A program made the position numbers and the translations under genes. Below the pieces are notes generated by a model that saw only the letters and a list, made by a program, of their open reading frames with translations, was not told the DNA's origin and made no database searches. 64,000 bases of DNA from Antedon mediterranea. Lineage: Eukaryota > Animalia > Echinodermata. Of this stretch, positions 53,591 through 64,000 are shown piece by piece. Position 1 is the first letter of the stretch; every line of letters starts with the position of its first letter. Location of the stretch: positions 11,633,888 to 11,697,887 of the forward strand of contig NC_092676.1 of the NCBI RefSeq assembly GCF_964355755.1, read 5' to 3'.

Positions 53591-53907
53591 TTGCCCGCTG
53601 GGACTGTACTACTAGGCAGGATGAAGCAAACACCTACTAGTAATAATACTCTTCTAGGCCTACCCTACTACTAGAGGGCGTAGCTAGGCCTAGGCTCAAC
53701 ATTAATTAACCAGGCCTAGGCTAGGCTACATAAGTTTAAAAATACCATTAATGAATTGAAAAGACAGCCTAGCCTAGACGATCCGCCTAGACTAGGTTTC
53801 TTAGACGCTAAGCCCTGCCCACCCAAGCCTTCCTCTAGTAGAGGGCTACCTACCGGCCTAGGCGTACATCATACAGCACCCGTTCCTCGAAACACACGTG
53901 ACACGGC

Positions 53908-54981
53908 GGGTGTCACGAAACCTAAGACCACGAAAGCTAAGACCCACTAAGACCTAAGATCACGAAAGCTAAGACCCAAGACCTAAGATTACAAATTCTA
54001 AGATATACTACAGCTTAAAAACAATACTTGTTTATCCATACATAATTTTAAACACAGTAGGTTTCATTTATTACCATAAATATAATTTAATACCACCGCA
54101 AAACATAGATAAACTCACATTATTTTCGCCCGTTGAGTAAATGTATATTTTTTCTTTACAACAAACAAACTTGACGGGGTGTTTATTTGTATATATTTAC
54201 TCCATTGTGTTGGTTCAGAGGATGTTTTTCTTACGCACCTGCCTTTCTTGTATTTTGACTCCAAATTTGTTGACTAACTTTATCCTGAACACCACACTTT
54301 AGAATTAGGACTTATAAGTACTTTCAGAAGGAGAAACACATAATAACAAATAAATAAATCCTTTAAATTTATGATTTTACAGATGTGTTTCTTTGTATAC
54401 TGTAATGTAACTCCTCGAGCTCCCCATGCTCAATGTTTTTGTTTCTATTGAGCGCCAAAAGAGCAACAATAATAGTACAAGTATAAAAACAGAAAGAAAA
54501 CGAAACAAAAAAACTTATCATGATTTTTTAATTAAAATTTATTTGCCAGTATTTATTTCCTCGTACTTGCATGATTATACTATTATCATTACAATTTTAA
54601 TTTTACATTGTTTCATCCACACTGTAGATGGACTCCACAGAATTTTCAGCCCTCTATATAATTTCTGCTCTTTTGACGTTCCATAGAAACAAAAACATTG
54701 GACATGGGGTAGGCCTACTGTACTGTAGGCTAGTCATTTTGTGTGCGAGAAAAACGTCTGTAAAATCATCAATTTAAAAATGTATTTGTTACTTTTTATG
54801 TGATTCTTTTTCATGAAAAGTGCCAATTCTAAGGTGTGGTATTCAGAATAAATGTTGGGAGTTAAAATACAAGGCAGGTGCGAAAGATAAATATTTGTAA
54901 TCTTAGGTCTTGGGTCTTAGCTTTCGTGATCTTAGGTCTTAGGGGGTCTTAGCTTTCGTGGACTTAGGTTTCGTGACACCC
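53908..54981. mobile_element. MULE-like non-autonomous element, copy 2 (uninterrupted, inverted relative to copy 1)
   Basis: Same TIRs as 2069-5440; perfect 10-bp TSD GTGACACGGC. Confidence 0.88.
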
Positions 54982-56004
54982 GTGACACGGCAGCATTAAA
55001 CAATCTTTGCTGCTGTCGCGTTCCTCTTTGTCACACACGTACACACAATACTACTGTAATCAGACTTATATGACGGTTTGCGGTGAGTTAGAAACACAAA
55101 AGTAACTTAGGCTAGGCCTAGGTCTAGAGGAAGGTTTGGGTGGGCAGGGCTTAAACGTCGAAGAAACCTAGTCTAGGCGGATAGTCTAGGCTAGGCTGAC
55201 TTTTCAATTCATTCATGGTATTTTTTAACTTATGTAGGCTAGCCTAGGCCTGGTTAATTAATGTTGAGCCTAGGCTAAACCTACTACCTAGGGCCTAGGC
55301 CTTTTTGTTGGGGCCTAGGCCTAGCTACGCCTATACTATAGTAGGCTAGCCCTACTAGCTATAGAATAGAAGAGTGTAGCAGTAGTAGTAAGCCTAGATA
55401 GTAAGTAGGCCTAGTAGTAGTAGCAGTAGTTTACGATATATTATAAAATGTCAAGAAGTAAATGCTAGCTAACATTATATTATTAATCAATGTATTAATA
55501 TACATGTACATTTTAATTTATACATTTTTACAATTTAATGTAAAAAACTGTAAAAATACTGATTAGGCTTATTCCAAAACTGATGACCGGCATCCTCTGT
55601 GATATTAATTGATTAACTGGTTGTTACAAATGAAAAGTTTAACAATATTAAAATTGATTTTAACTTGTTTCTTGAAAGAAAAATGTATATAAGTTAAATT
55701 TTAATATTAATGTACTAGATACCATATCTATTTATATCATAGATTAATGTGACCACTGTAGCATCTCTTTTACTGTTAATTAGTGTTATAACTACCTACT
55801 ACTAGACCTATTGCATAAATTAGATTGTGAAGTAATTATTGGTCGTGTTGTATTTAAAAAAAAAAAATTAATTATGGTATATAATAATAATATTCATATC
55901 ATCATACTCGTCAGAACAAGTGCATAGGTGTGTTATTTGTATACATGTTGCATACTTCTATATAGAATATTTAATTTTATGATTTTTTTTTCTTTTTACC
56001 GTAG

Positions 56005-56115
56005 GATAATAAAAATCAGCTGTACCAAAACACTTTCATGACCATGATTGGACTTGCAGTTGATAATGCTGTAGGGGCTTGTGATTTTAGCCAAGAAATT
56101 CAAATACATTTTCAG
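56005..56115 (+). other. Putative 111-bp coding exon, copy 2
   Basis: tttttaccgtag|GAT...CAG|gtaaat; open frame DNKNQLYQNTFMTMIGLAVDNAVGACDFSQEIQIHFQ. Confidence 0.55.
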
Positions 56116-56256
56116 GTAAATGAATTTATATAATCAAAATGTCAATAATCAATATTGTGTTAACATCATCTTATGGAGCCATAAAAACTAGTTATGTCAA
56201 AAGATAAAAGTGTCAGAATTTACCACAATAAAATATAAAATAAAATATAATAGCAT

Positions 56257-57709
56257 AATAGACACGTTTCTCGCTCTCGACCAATCAGAAATAGTGGGTA
56301 TAGATCTGTAAACAAACCGAACACCTCTCGCGTAGTGCGTGTTGAAGCATAGCGAAATGGCGACTGCCGAGTGCTTTTGTTGCAAGGTGCATCATAAATG
56401 TTGTATATGTTGGATACATCGTGAATTTAACTACACAAAATCACTGAATAATATTCCTGTTTTTAATTTTCAAACACTTGCTGAGTGGTTTGCGTCGGCT
56501 CCGAGGGATAGTGGCGCAAAATCTTGGAAATTTTCAAGGAAAGGTACGTCCACGATGTGCTCGTGTCTCTCCGCCCGCCCGGTGGCGTTGCCTGATGCGG
56601 TACTTCGTCTACTAGGCCTAGGAGGTTTGGGTGTCTGTTTAATCGCCGAAGAACATCACATAATACATGGAAGATGCAATAGGAGCATGAAGAAGAATGA
56701 AAGATAATAATTAATATATTTACGCAACATTTGTAAAAAAATCAACAGTTAAAGACCCCTTCCCTGCAATTTTGGACGTTTTTTGGAAAATAATACATAT
56801 ATATCACTTTAAAAACATTAAACCATGTCATTCCTTGTCTTAAATGTACGTTTTATGGTAAATTATGATAAAAAGTGAGAAACAATGCACTTCCTAAGTA
56901 GCTCGCGGCGATCGACCTCTCGTGGACGGTCTTAAGCCTAGCCTAGCTAGGCTTAGTTTTGTAGGCCTAGCTGGTAAACATCGGTAACGTACGAACATCG
57001 TACGCTACCTATATACCTAGCCTGACGTTGTATAGTTGCTGCATTAATTGTATTTCTATTTTTGCCAGACTTCGTTGATACAAATTGGGGAAAACCCGGT
57101 ATTTTCGCTGAAAAGTTAGGAGTCTTCCATTTGTTTTGGCCTCACGATCGATCGAAAAGTGGGCGAATTACAGGTGAAAAACAAAAATATCAATCCGCGC
57201 GCAATGCATTTTGGGATTTATAGCGGGCCGCTATAATTATTAGAATCGACTTATTTTTCACATTTTTAACCGTTTAAAGACGAAAAAAGTTATCGCAATA
57301 GGACCATATAGTATTATTTTTACATTAAATATAGTTTGTGATCTTAAATTAGATCTAAAAAACGTAGGGAATGGGGCTTTAACATGTATTAAATCATGGA
57401 GTAAAGAATGATTAAATGCACCGTATATATATGTGTCAAACCAAAAATGACAATACATAAATAAAGTCGATGATTCCGAACCAAATGCCCAAATAATTCT
57501 ACAGTGAATATAAAACATAAGTTTAGAAAATAAATAACATCCTTACCATGCCATTCCATCAAAAGGCTAGTTTTGATGATTGCTTTTTAAGATGATCATC
57601 TCTCAGTTCACCCATGCTTTAACATACCTCTCGCTGTGTTTGTTTACCATTGTATACCCACTAAAAGGTCAAACTGACGGTGACCTCGCGAGCGCGAAAC
57701 GTGTCTATT
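56257..57709 (+). mobile_element. ISL2EU-type DNA transposon, deleted, with N-terminal remnant of the SWIM/YqaJ accessory protein
   Basis: AT|AATAGACACGTTTC...GAAACGTGTCTATT|AT; coding remnant KSWKF.KERYVHDV...HGRCNRSMKKNE (frameshifted). Confidence 0.7.
56753..57378. mobile_element. Kolobok-type MITE, second family, copy 2
   Basis: TTAA TSDs; reverse complement of 38684-39428 with an internal deletion. Confidence 0.85.
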
Positions 57710-57719
57710 ATTGAATATT

Positions 57720-58300
57720 AAAAAGTTGAAATTTTGGTTATTTTTCGAAAAAAAATCCTTTGGTCACCCGCAGTAAAATTTTCGAAAAAATGGCCAAATT
57801 CCGACCCATTTATTTTTAAACATAACTAGTTACTCTGGCCCTATAAGATGATGTTAACACAATATGTACATAAATGAAAATATTATACTGTAGCATAATT
57901 ATCGAAAGTTAAAAAGTGGACATTTTTGCCATTTTTCTAAAAAAATTATTTGGTCCCCCGCAGTAGTGTAATTTTCGAAAATTGGTCAAATTTCGACCCT
58001 TTTATTTTTTGACATAACTAGTTACTACGGCTCTATAAGATGATGTTAAAACAATATATGTGCGTAAATGACAATATTATAACATAATTATTGAAGTTTA
58101 AAAAGTGGAAATTTTGGAGATTTTTCGAAAAAAAATCCTTCGGTCCCCCGCAGTGTAATTTTCGAAAAATTGCCAAATTTGGACCTTTTTAATTTTTGAC
58201 ATAACTAGTTATTATGGCTCTATAAGATGATGTTAACAAAATAAATGTGCATAAATGACAATATTATAACATAATTATCGAATTTTAAAAGTGAACATTT
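57720..58300. repeat. ~190-bp tandem repeat, three copies
   Basis: CATAACTAGTTA occurs at ~57821, ~58013 and ~58200. Confidence 0.9.
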
Positions 58301-58759
58301 CTGCCATTTTCAATATTATCATCCACCTCTTCTACTTCGGTTGTATATTGTCTATGTTTTGGTTTTCTGCACTTACGTGACATACTAGAACATTTATACA
58401 ACTGCCAGCATTGTGACCCATACCAAGGGTCTGTTTCTGCTGAAAAAATCAAAATAATCGATTTTTTCCAGTCACCGCAAACCACAAAAATAATCGCGTT
58501 GCAATTGAAAATTGCTACGACTTTAATCGGTTATTCAGGTAATCGGTTTTTAAAATCACGTGATCATTCTCCCACAGCGCATTCAAGTTATGAACGGCCG
58601 ATGAGAGTTGGTTTGTTTACATCCTATCGCTGCCTAAAACTCTCACATGTAGGATTAAAAGTTACTCTTACGTAAAGCTATATTATTTGTAAAATAAACT
58701 TCTAGGGCTACTACCGTACCACTTTTTTTATATAGTTTTTAGTGTTTCAAAAGTTACAC

Positions 58760-59385
58760 TTTATTACACTTAATGTTAGGGGTTAAGAGTAAAAAAGAAA
58801 CAAAATAATATTACGTAAATAGATTAGAAATCAGAAAGGGGAAATAATTGTTTTACAAGAAACATATATAACACCCGATATTTACAATAAGTATGACTTT
58901 CTGTGGAAAAGAATTTCATATAATTGTTAAGGTGGAACAAATTATGCAGGAGATAGTGTCTTATTTAAGAAATATTTTGATATAAAAGTTAAAAATAAAG
59001 AGATTGATTTAAATGTCAGATATGTCATGCTAACTATTGATATAGACAATGTTCAATATATTATTATAAATATGTAGGCACCTAATAAACCATCATTTAG
59101 AAAAGTTAGACAGGGTTTTTAGACGCCTTGATTATTGGCTGGTATCAAAACATGTTATATCAGGCTCGAATAGGTCAGTAGATATAAGACCAGCAAATTT
59201 AACTGACCATAAGGCAGTATCATTGAAAATTGTTTCCAATGTTAAAAATGGAAAAGGCATCTAGAAACTGAATAACAGCTTCCTAGATGAAGAAGACTAT
59301 AAAAATAACATAAATAGATAACATTTATGAAATGGAGACAAGGGCAGTACAAATTAGAGCAAGGGCTAAATGGATTAAAGAAAAC
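58760..59385 (+). pseudogene. Highly decayed Tx1/L1 endonuclease-region fragments
   Basis: NVRG, TDHKAV, (W)KLNNSFL and QIRARAKW remnants with many stops and deletions. Confidence 0.6.
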
Positions 59386-61281
59386 AGATGGGTCTCTGAT
59401 ATATGATTAATTTGAAATAACTAAAGAAGAAGTCAGAATTGTTTGGTAGAGAGAACGTTTGTCGGCGGCTGGGAATTAGAAAATCTGTTTACCTGAATGT
59501 TGCGATATGTGGGTCACTACGACCTTACGCTTCTACCATGGAATATGTACAGAACTATAGTTTAGTTTAAAATTATATTTTTGTTTTGTACAGTAAGACT
59601 CGCGTCTTAGTGTTGTACTGATTTTTAAATTAGTGACAGAGCTATGTGTGATGCTCAAATTTTGATCTCCTCATCATATGTGACCATTTAAAAAAGAAAA
59701 GTTTGCAAATTTATTTTACTTTGGGCTGTTTTTTTAGCTCGATTGCTTAGCCTAATTCACGAGCGATTCATTCTTGAAACTGTCGCTTATCGACTCATTA
59801 GGGACTTTAGATTTGAGTAAACGTGAACGAATTCCACATCCACATGGGTCGTAGTCGACTGTTACTCGTCGACAGCTATATGAACGTTTAGATTGAAGTG
59901 GGCATGTACGTTGACGTGCCAGTGAACGTATGATGCAATGGCCTTGAGATCATGTGTAACCTTAAACCTTGTAATCTAGTAGCGCTCGTCCGTGGAGCTA
60001 TTCCACCGCACTGGAAGTACATGGGCTTAGGCCAAGCTAAGTGTGTAGCTTAGGCCTCCTATAGCCTAGATCCTTAATTTTCTAAACGAAGGCTGGCGTC
60101 GTTGTTTGTTTGAATTTTTAAGTTGATAACATTGTAATTTGACGATTTGTTTTGAAGGGGACGACGTGTTTATATTTTCTCCTTAAAAATTAGAGGGTCA
60201 GGACCTCGTGATCCCCACTGGCTGCGCCCTGGAAACGTACGGAGTTCAAAGAGCGTGATTATTTGATCGACGGCAGTGTTTTAGTGTAGGCTAGCGCGTT
60301 GGAAAATCGTTTGATGTCACCGTCTATACGTATTTGTGCTATTTAATTTATGATTTTGAATAATATTGTTTAAAACGTCATGTGACAAGCAATCTTTATT
60401 CACCAAAAACATATATCCAAAGACAAAAATGAAATACACGATACACCATAATAAAAAATAGGTGAGAGAAAATCTTAACCTGAAGAAAAAACCTCAACCG
60501 ATCATAAAATCAAGTATACATTATTTTAAATTTCAACTTTAAGTGTGTTTAATTTTTCAGTGCTATTAAAATATGGAATAGTACTCTGCCACAAAATATC
60601 CGATTAAATCAAAGGTATGGATATTTACACATAACCTAAATAACCTACATTCTAAGATTATAAAAACAGCAGAACAAGTTGTACTTCACCTTGATTTAAA
60701 ATCAATTTTAATATTTATTATTATTTGTATTCTGTGTATATGGTATTTTAATTTGTTATATCAAATGACCAAAATGAAAATAAGTTTAATTAATATTAAA
60801 CTTCTTGTGTTTATCCTTGTTATATCTGTTATCTGCCGAGTCTTGTTTTATCAAATGTGTATGCAAAGCATATATATGGATGTTTCAAAATAAATCAAAT
60901 CAAACGTATGAAGAATTAATAATATGAATTCACTTCCAATCTATTCTTTTAAAAGTGTTACCTTTTAAATACTTACCACTGTATACCTATGTCATTGGAT
61001 ATTTTGCTCTGTAGGTTTTTGTTATGTTTTCTTTTGCTATTTTGATGTTGTTTTTTTGTGTGGCATTTTCTAGGCCTCTGTGTCCATTAGGCTGGACTGA
61101 ATTTATATTGTTTACTACAGCACTGTAGTGTTGTTCTACATATAGTATTGTTTACATTCCTTGCCTACAGTTGGACTTAACAAACTTTTAATTGTAAGCA
61201 TATCGTAACTTGAATCATATATGTACTGTTTCCATAATTTACAGTATGATTTATATATAATTTACACAGTGGTACGCAACA

Positions 61282-61286
61282 CAATT

Positions 61287-61354
<68 letters not shown>
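61282..61354. repeat. (TA)n microsatellite
   Basis: Direct read; similar runs at ~63019, ~63245 and ~63445. Confidence 0.95.
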
Positions 61355-61358
<4 letters not shown>

Positions 61359-63441
61359 CCAAAGGCAAATTACTGAAAAAATGACAATGCTGTGGGTATC
61401 AGTGGCTGGATCTCAATGGAGATACAAAAAAAAAGCGAAAAGCTAAATCAAAACAGCCAGAAAAGATAGCAGAGCTTTCGGGCAACACTAGCCCTTCATC
61501 AGTGCAAGTAAAGGAATTTGGATAACGTCATAGCATAACAACTGACCAGTGCTGCCTGGGTGAACAGGAATAAAATAAATACAACAAAAGGAGATAGGGT
61601 GGTGAATGCTGGGTGGAGACTGGATAAGAGTAGAAAACAAAGAAGGTAGCTTGGTAGAGATATAAACAATTTTGGAATGAAACTAAAAAACAGCTTAAAT
61701 GGTGGTTAATATTGAAACTTAAATTTTGGTAGTCAATGGAATAATTTTACCGATCTGGGAGTATGTTCCTAATGTTAAGTCCAAAAGGTTTTGTGGTTTT
61801 AAGTTGTAATTCCCAGTGGTTTTCTTTGTCTTTGCGAGTTTTGTCGCTCAATTTGACATCGTGGTCTATTGCAATAACTCTGAAATTTGCAATCGAGTGA
61901 CCAGCTAAATTAAAATGTTCGGCTACAGGTTGATCAAGCTTTAATGTTTTGATAGCTGATCTGTGTTGTTGTGTCATTCTCATACGGAGAGTGTTTTTTG
62001 TTTCCCCGACGCCACAAATATTACAGTATATGAGATAAATGACGTTTTTGGTTAGACAATTAATTGATTGTCTTATCCGAAAAATGCGGCCAGTTTGGTT
62101 ACTCTTAAATTTTTTAGTAGAATCAACCAATGAACAAGTTTTTTCAAGATTTGCCGCAAAGGTGACTGCCCAAATTTTGGCTGTCATGAGAGTTAATTTC
62201 ACTCTTAAATTTTGATCTGACTAATATATCACGAAGGTCTACGAAATGTAAAACAGTCCTGAGACGTTCTGTGGACTGTAGAATGGGCATATGTTTCTCA
62301 ATAATAGCCCGTAATGGAGGCAACCAAGGGTGATAGGTTGTGACCAATGGCACTCTGGTCGAATTTGGCTGACGTGGTTTGTACGTCAGTGTTTGACATC
62401 AAGGAATATCTTTTGCTACGCTATATATATATAGCGTATAGCGTATAGTAGCGTTAAATTTTTGGACACTATATTGACCATAGAAAATCAAAACTGACCT
62501 ATTCCGTAAACCCACGGATAAAAATATGTACCTGCTCCCTTAGCAGTTGTCATCTCCGATACTGTATTAAAAACTAAGCATTACGAATCAGACGTATCTG
62601 TTCTTCAGATTTAGATTTTCAGAATCGTACCGAAGAACTAACCGGACATCTCCGGAATAGAAATTACAAGAAGGAATACATCGAAACTGCTATATAGATA
62701 TATAAAATTGTTTATATCTCTACCAAGCTACCTTTTTTGTTTTCTACTCTTATTCAGACTCCACCCTGCCTCCTTTTGTTGTATTTCTTTTATTCCTCCT
62801 GTCCACCCAGGCAGCACTTTCCAGCTCTTATACGATGACGTTATCCAAATTCCTTCACTTGCACTGATAAAGGGCTAGTGTTGCCCGAAAGCTGTGCAAA
62901 CTTTTCTGGTTGTTTTACTTATCGTTTTGATTTAGCTTTTTTTTTTGTATCTCCATTGAGATCCTGCCACTGATACCCACAGCATTGTCATTTTTTTTCA
63001 GTAATTTGCCTTTGGATTTATATATATATATATAATTATAGTGCACTTTTGTTGTGAATACTATTAGCATTTTTCAAAGCACGCTCGTTGAGCTTGTGCA
63101 CTCTTTGTGTTCATAATCAGTGTACCATGTCCCGCATACCTGGCTCAGCCTATATATTGTGCTAGTTCTGCGGTACATTTCATTTCGAAACCTGAGCTGC
63201 ACTGATCTAATAAGATCGAAACAGTACTGTCTGCAGATTGGACATATATATATATATATATATGTATATATGTTGTATGAGAGAATGTATCTGGTGGTTG
63301 AACATGATGGTAGTGTGGCTCAAAAGCTCTGCTAACTTTTCTGGCTGTTTTGATTTAGCTTTTCGCTTTTTTTGTATCTCCATTGAGATCTAGCCACTGA
63401 TACCCACAGCATTGTCACTTTTTTCTGTATTTTGCCTTTGA

Positions 63442-63445
<4 letters not shown>
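61355..63445. mobile_element. Rearranged Penelope-like (Neptune-type) element adjoining (TA)n tracts
   Basis: Minus-strand PLVTTYHP..NVIYLIYC..VGETKNTLRMR..P.GLN; plus-strand KTDLFRKPTDKNMYL..LRIRRICS at ~62490-62690; pLTR copies at 61355-61670 (-), 62700-63020 (+) and 63320-63445 (+). Confidence 0.85.
61468..61506 (-). ncRNA. Minimal type I hammerhead ribozyme motif
   Basis: The minus strand reads GCA CTGATGA A GGGC tagtgtt GCCC GAAA GC TC TGC: canonical core, stem II and a short stem I. Confidence 0.75.
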
Positions 63446-63475
<30 letters not shown>

Positions 63476-64000
63476 ATTATAACTGTTATTACATTTTTAA
63501 CCTTGTAAATAAATTCTTAATCTTGTAAAATAAATCATTTATGTATACGACTAAATAATATATCAAATTATAGCTTCTTTATTAATTATGGGCCTCATCT
63601 ATAAATTGTAGGTCTTCAACACTATTCGGGGAACCCTAAAAGCCATTTTCTTATACTATGTTGTCGTTAGGTCAATCTTCCTAGAATAAAAAGTTAATAT
63701 TCCGCTTTCAAAGTACAATATTAACATGTGATATATCGTGACTGTTGCTAATTGTAATTCTCACATAATTCTAAGTAGCGCTTGTTAATAATATTTTCAG
63801 TGATTAGACATATATACCGAAGCCCAGCCCAAAATTACTCCTATTATATTAAACAGTAAACAGTAAATACGTCCCCTACACTTAATTGATATACCTTAAC
63901 TCGTGGAATTATTTGCTTAGATTTGATTTCTTAGTATTTACAAATTTCTGTTAGTATTCATTTTGCTTGTACAACAAAGTACATTCAATAGGTCTATTTT

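Larger units (their letters stand above)
21472..53602 (+). mobile_element. Large EnSpm/CACTA (CMC) DNA transposon with many nested TEs
   Basis: Termini CCCAGCGGGCA...TGCCCGCTGGG, 2-bp TSD AC, related subterminal arrays at both ends, internal EnSpm transposase and DUF4806-type gene. Confidence 0.85.

Noticed and set aside
59400-61280. Possible genes or TE ends
   Set aside because: No ORFs, paired TIRs or other supportable structure are visible.

Overview
AT-rich eukaryotic DNA, probably from an invertebrate animal (inferred from TE content and spliceosomal introns). Almost all of it is nested transposable elements; I found no intact host gene, tRNA, rRNA or CRISPR array. The centrepiece is a ~32 kb EnSpm/CACTA (CMC) DNA transposon (21472-53602) with CCC...GGG ends, a 2-bp TSD, kilobase-scale ACGT-palindrome subterminal arrays, a frameshifted transposase and a spliced DUF4806-type partner gene. 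It has absorbed LINE, BEL/Pao, Penelope, Kolobok, Academ, Merlin, Harbinger and Helentron-type insertions. Removing it and a neighbouring MITE exposes a hidden head-to-head inverted duplication carrying an open exon in each arm. The flanks hold IS3EU, ISL2EU, foldback, Kolobok, MULE-like, hAT-like, Tx1, CR1/L2 and Penelope elements, satellites and hammerhead-ribozyme motifs. Boundaries were read by eye and may be off by a few bases. Family names rest on remembered motif and TSD rules, not on database searches.
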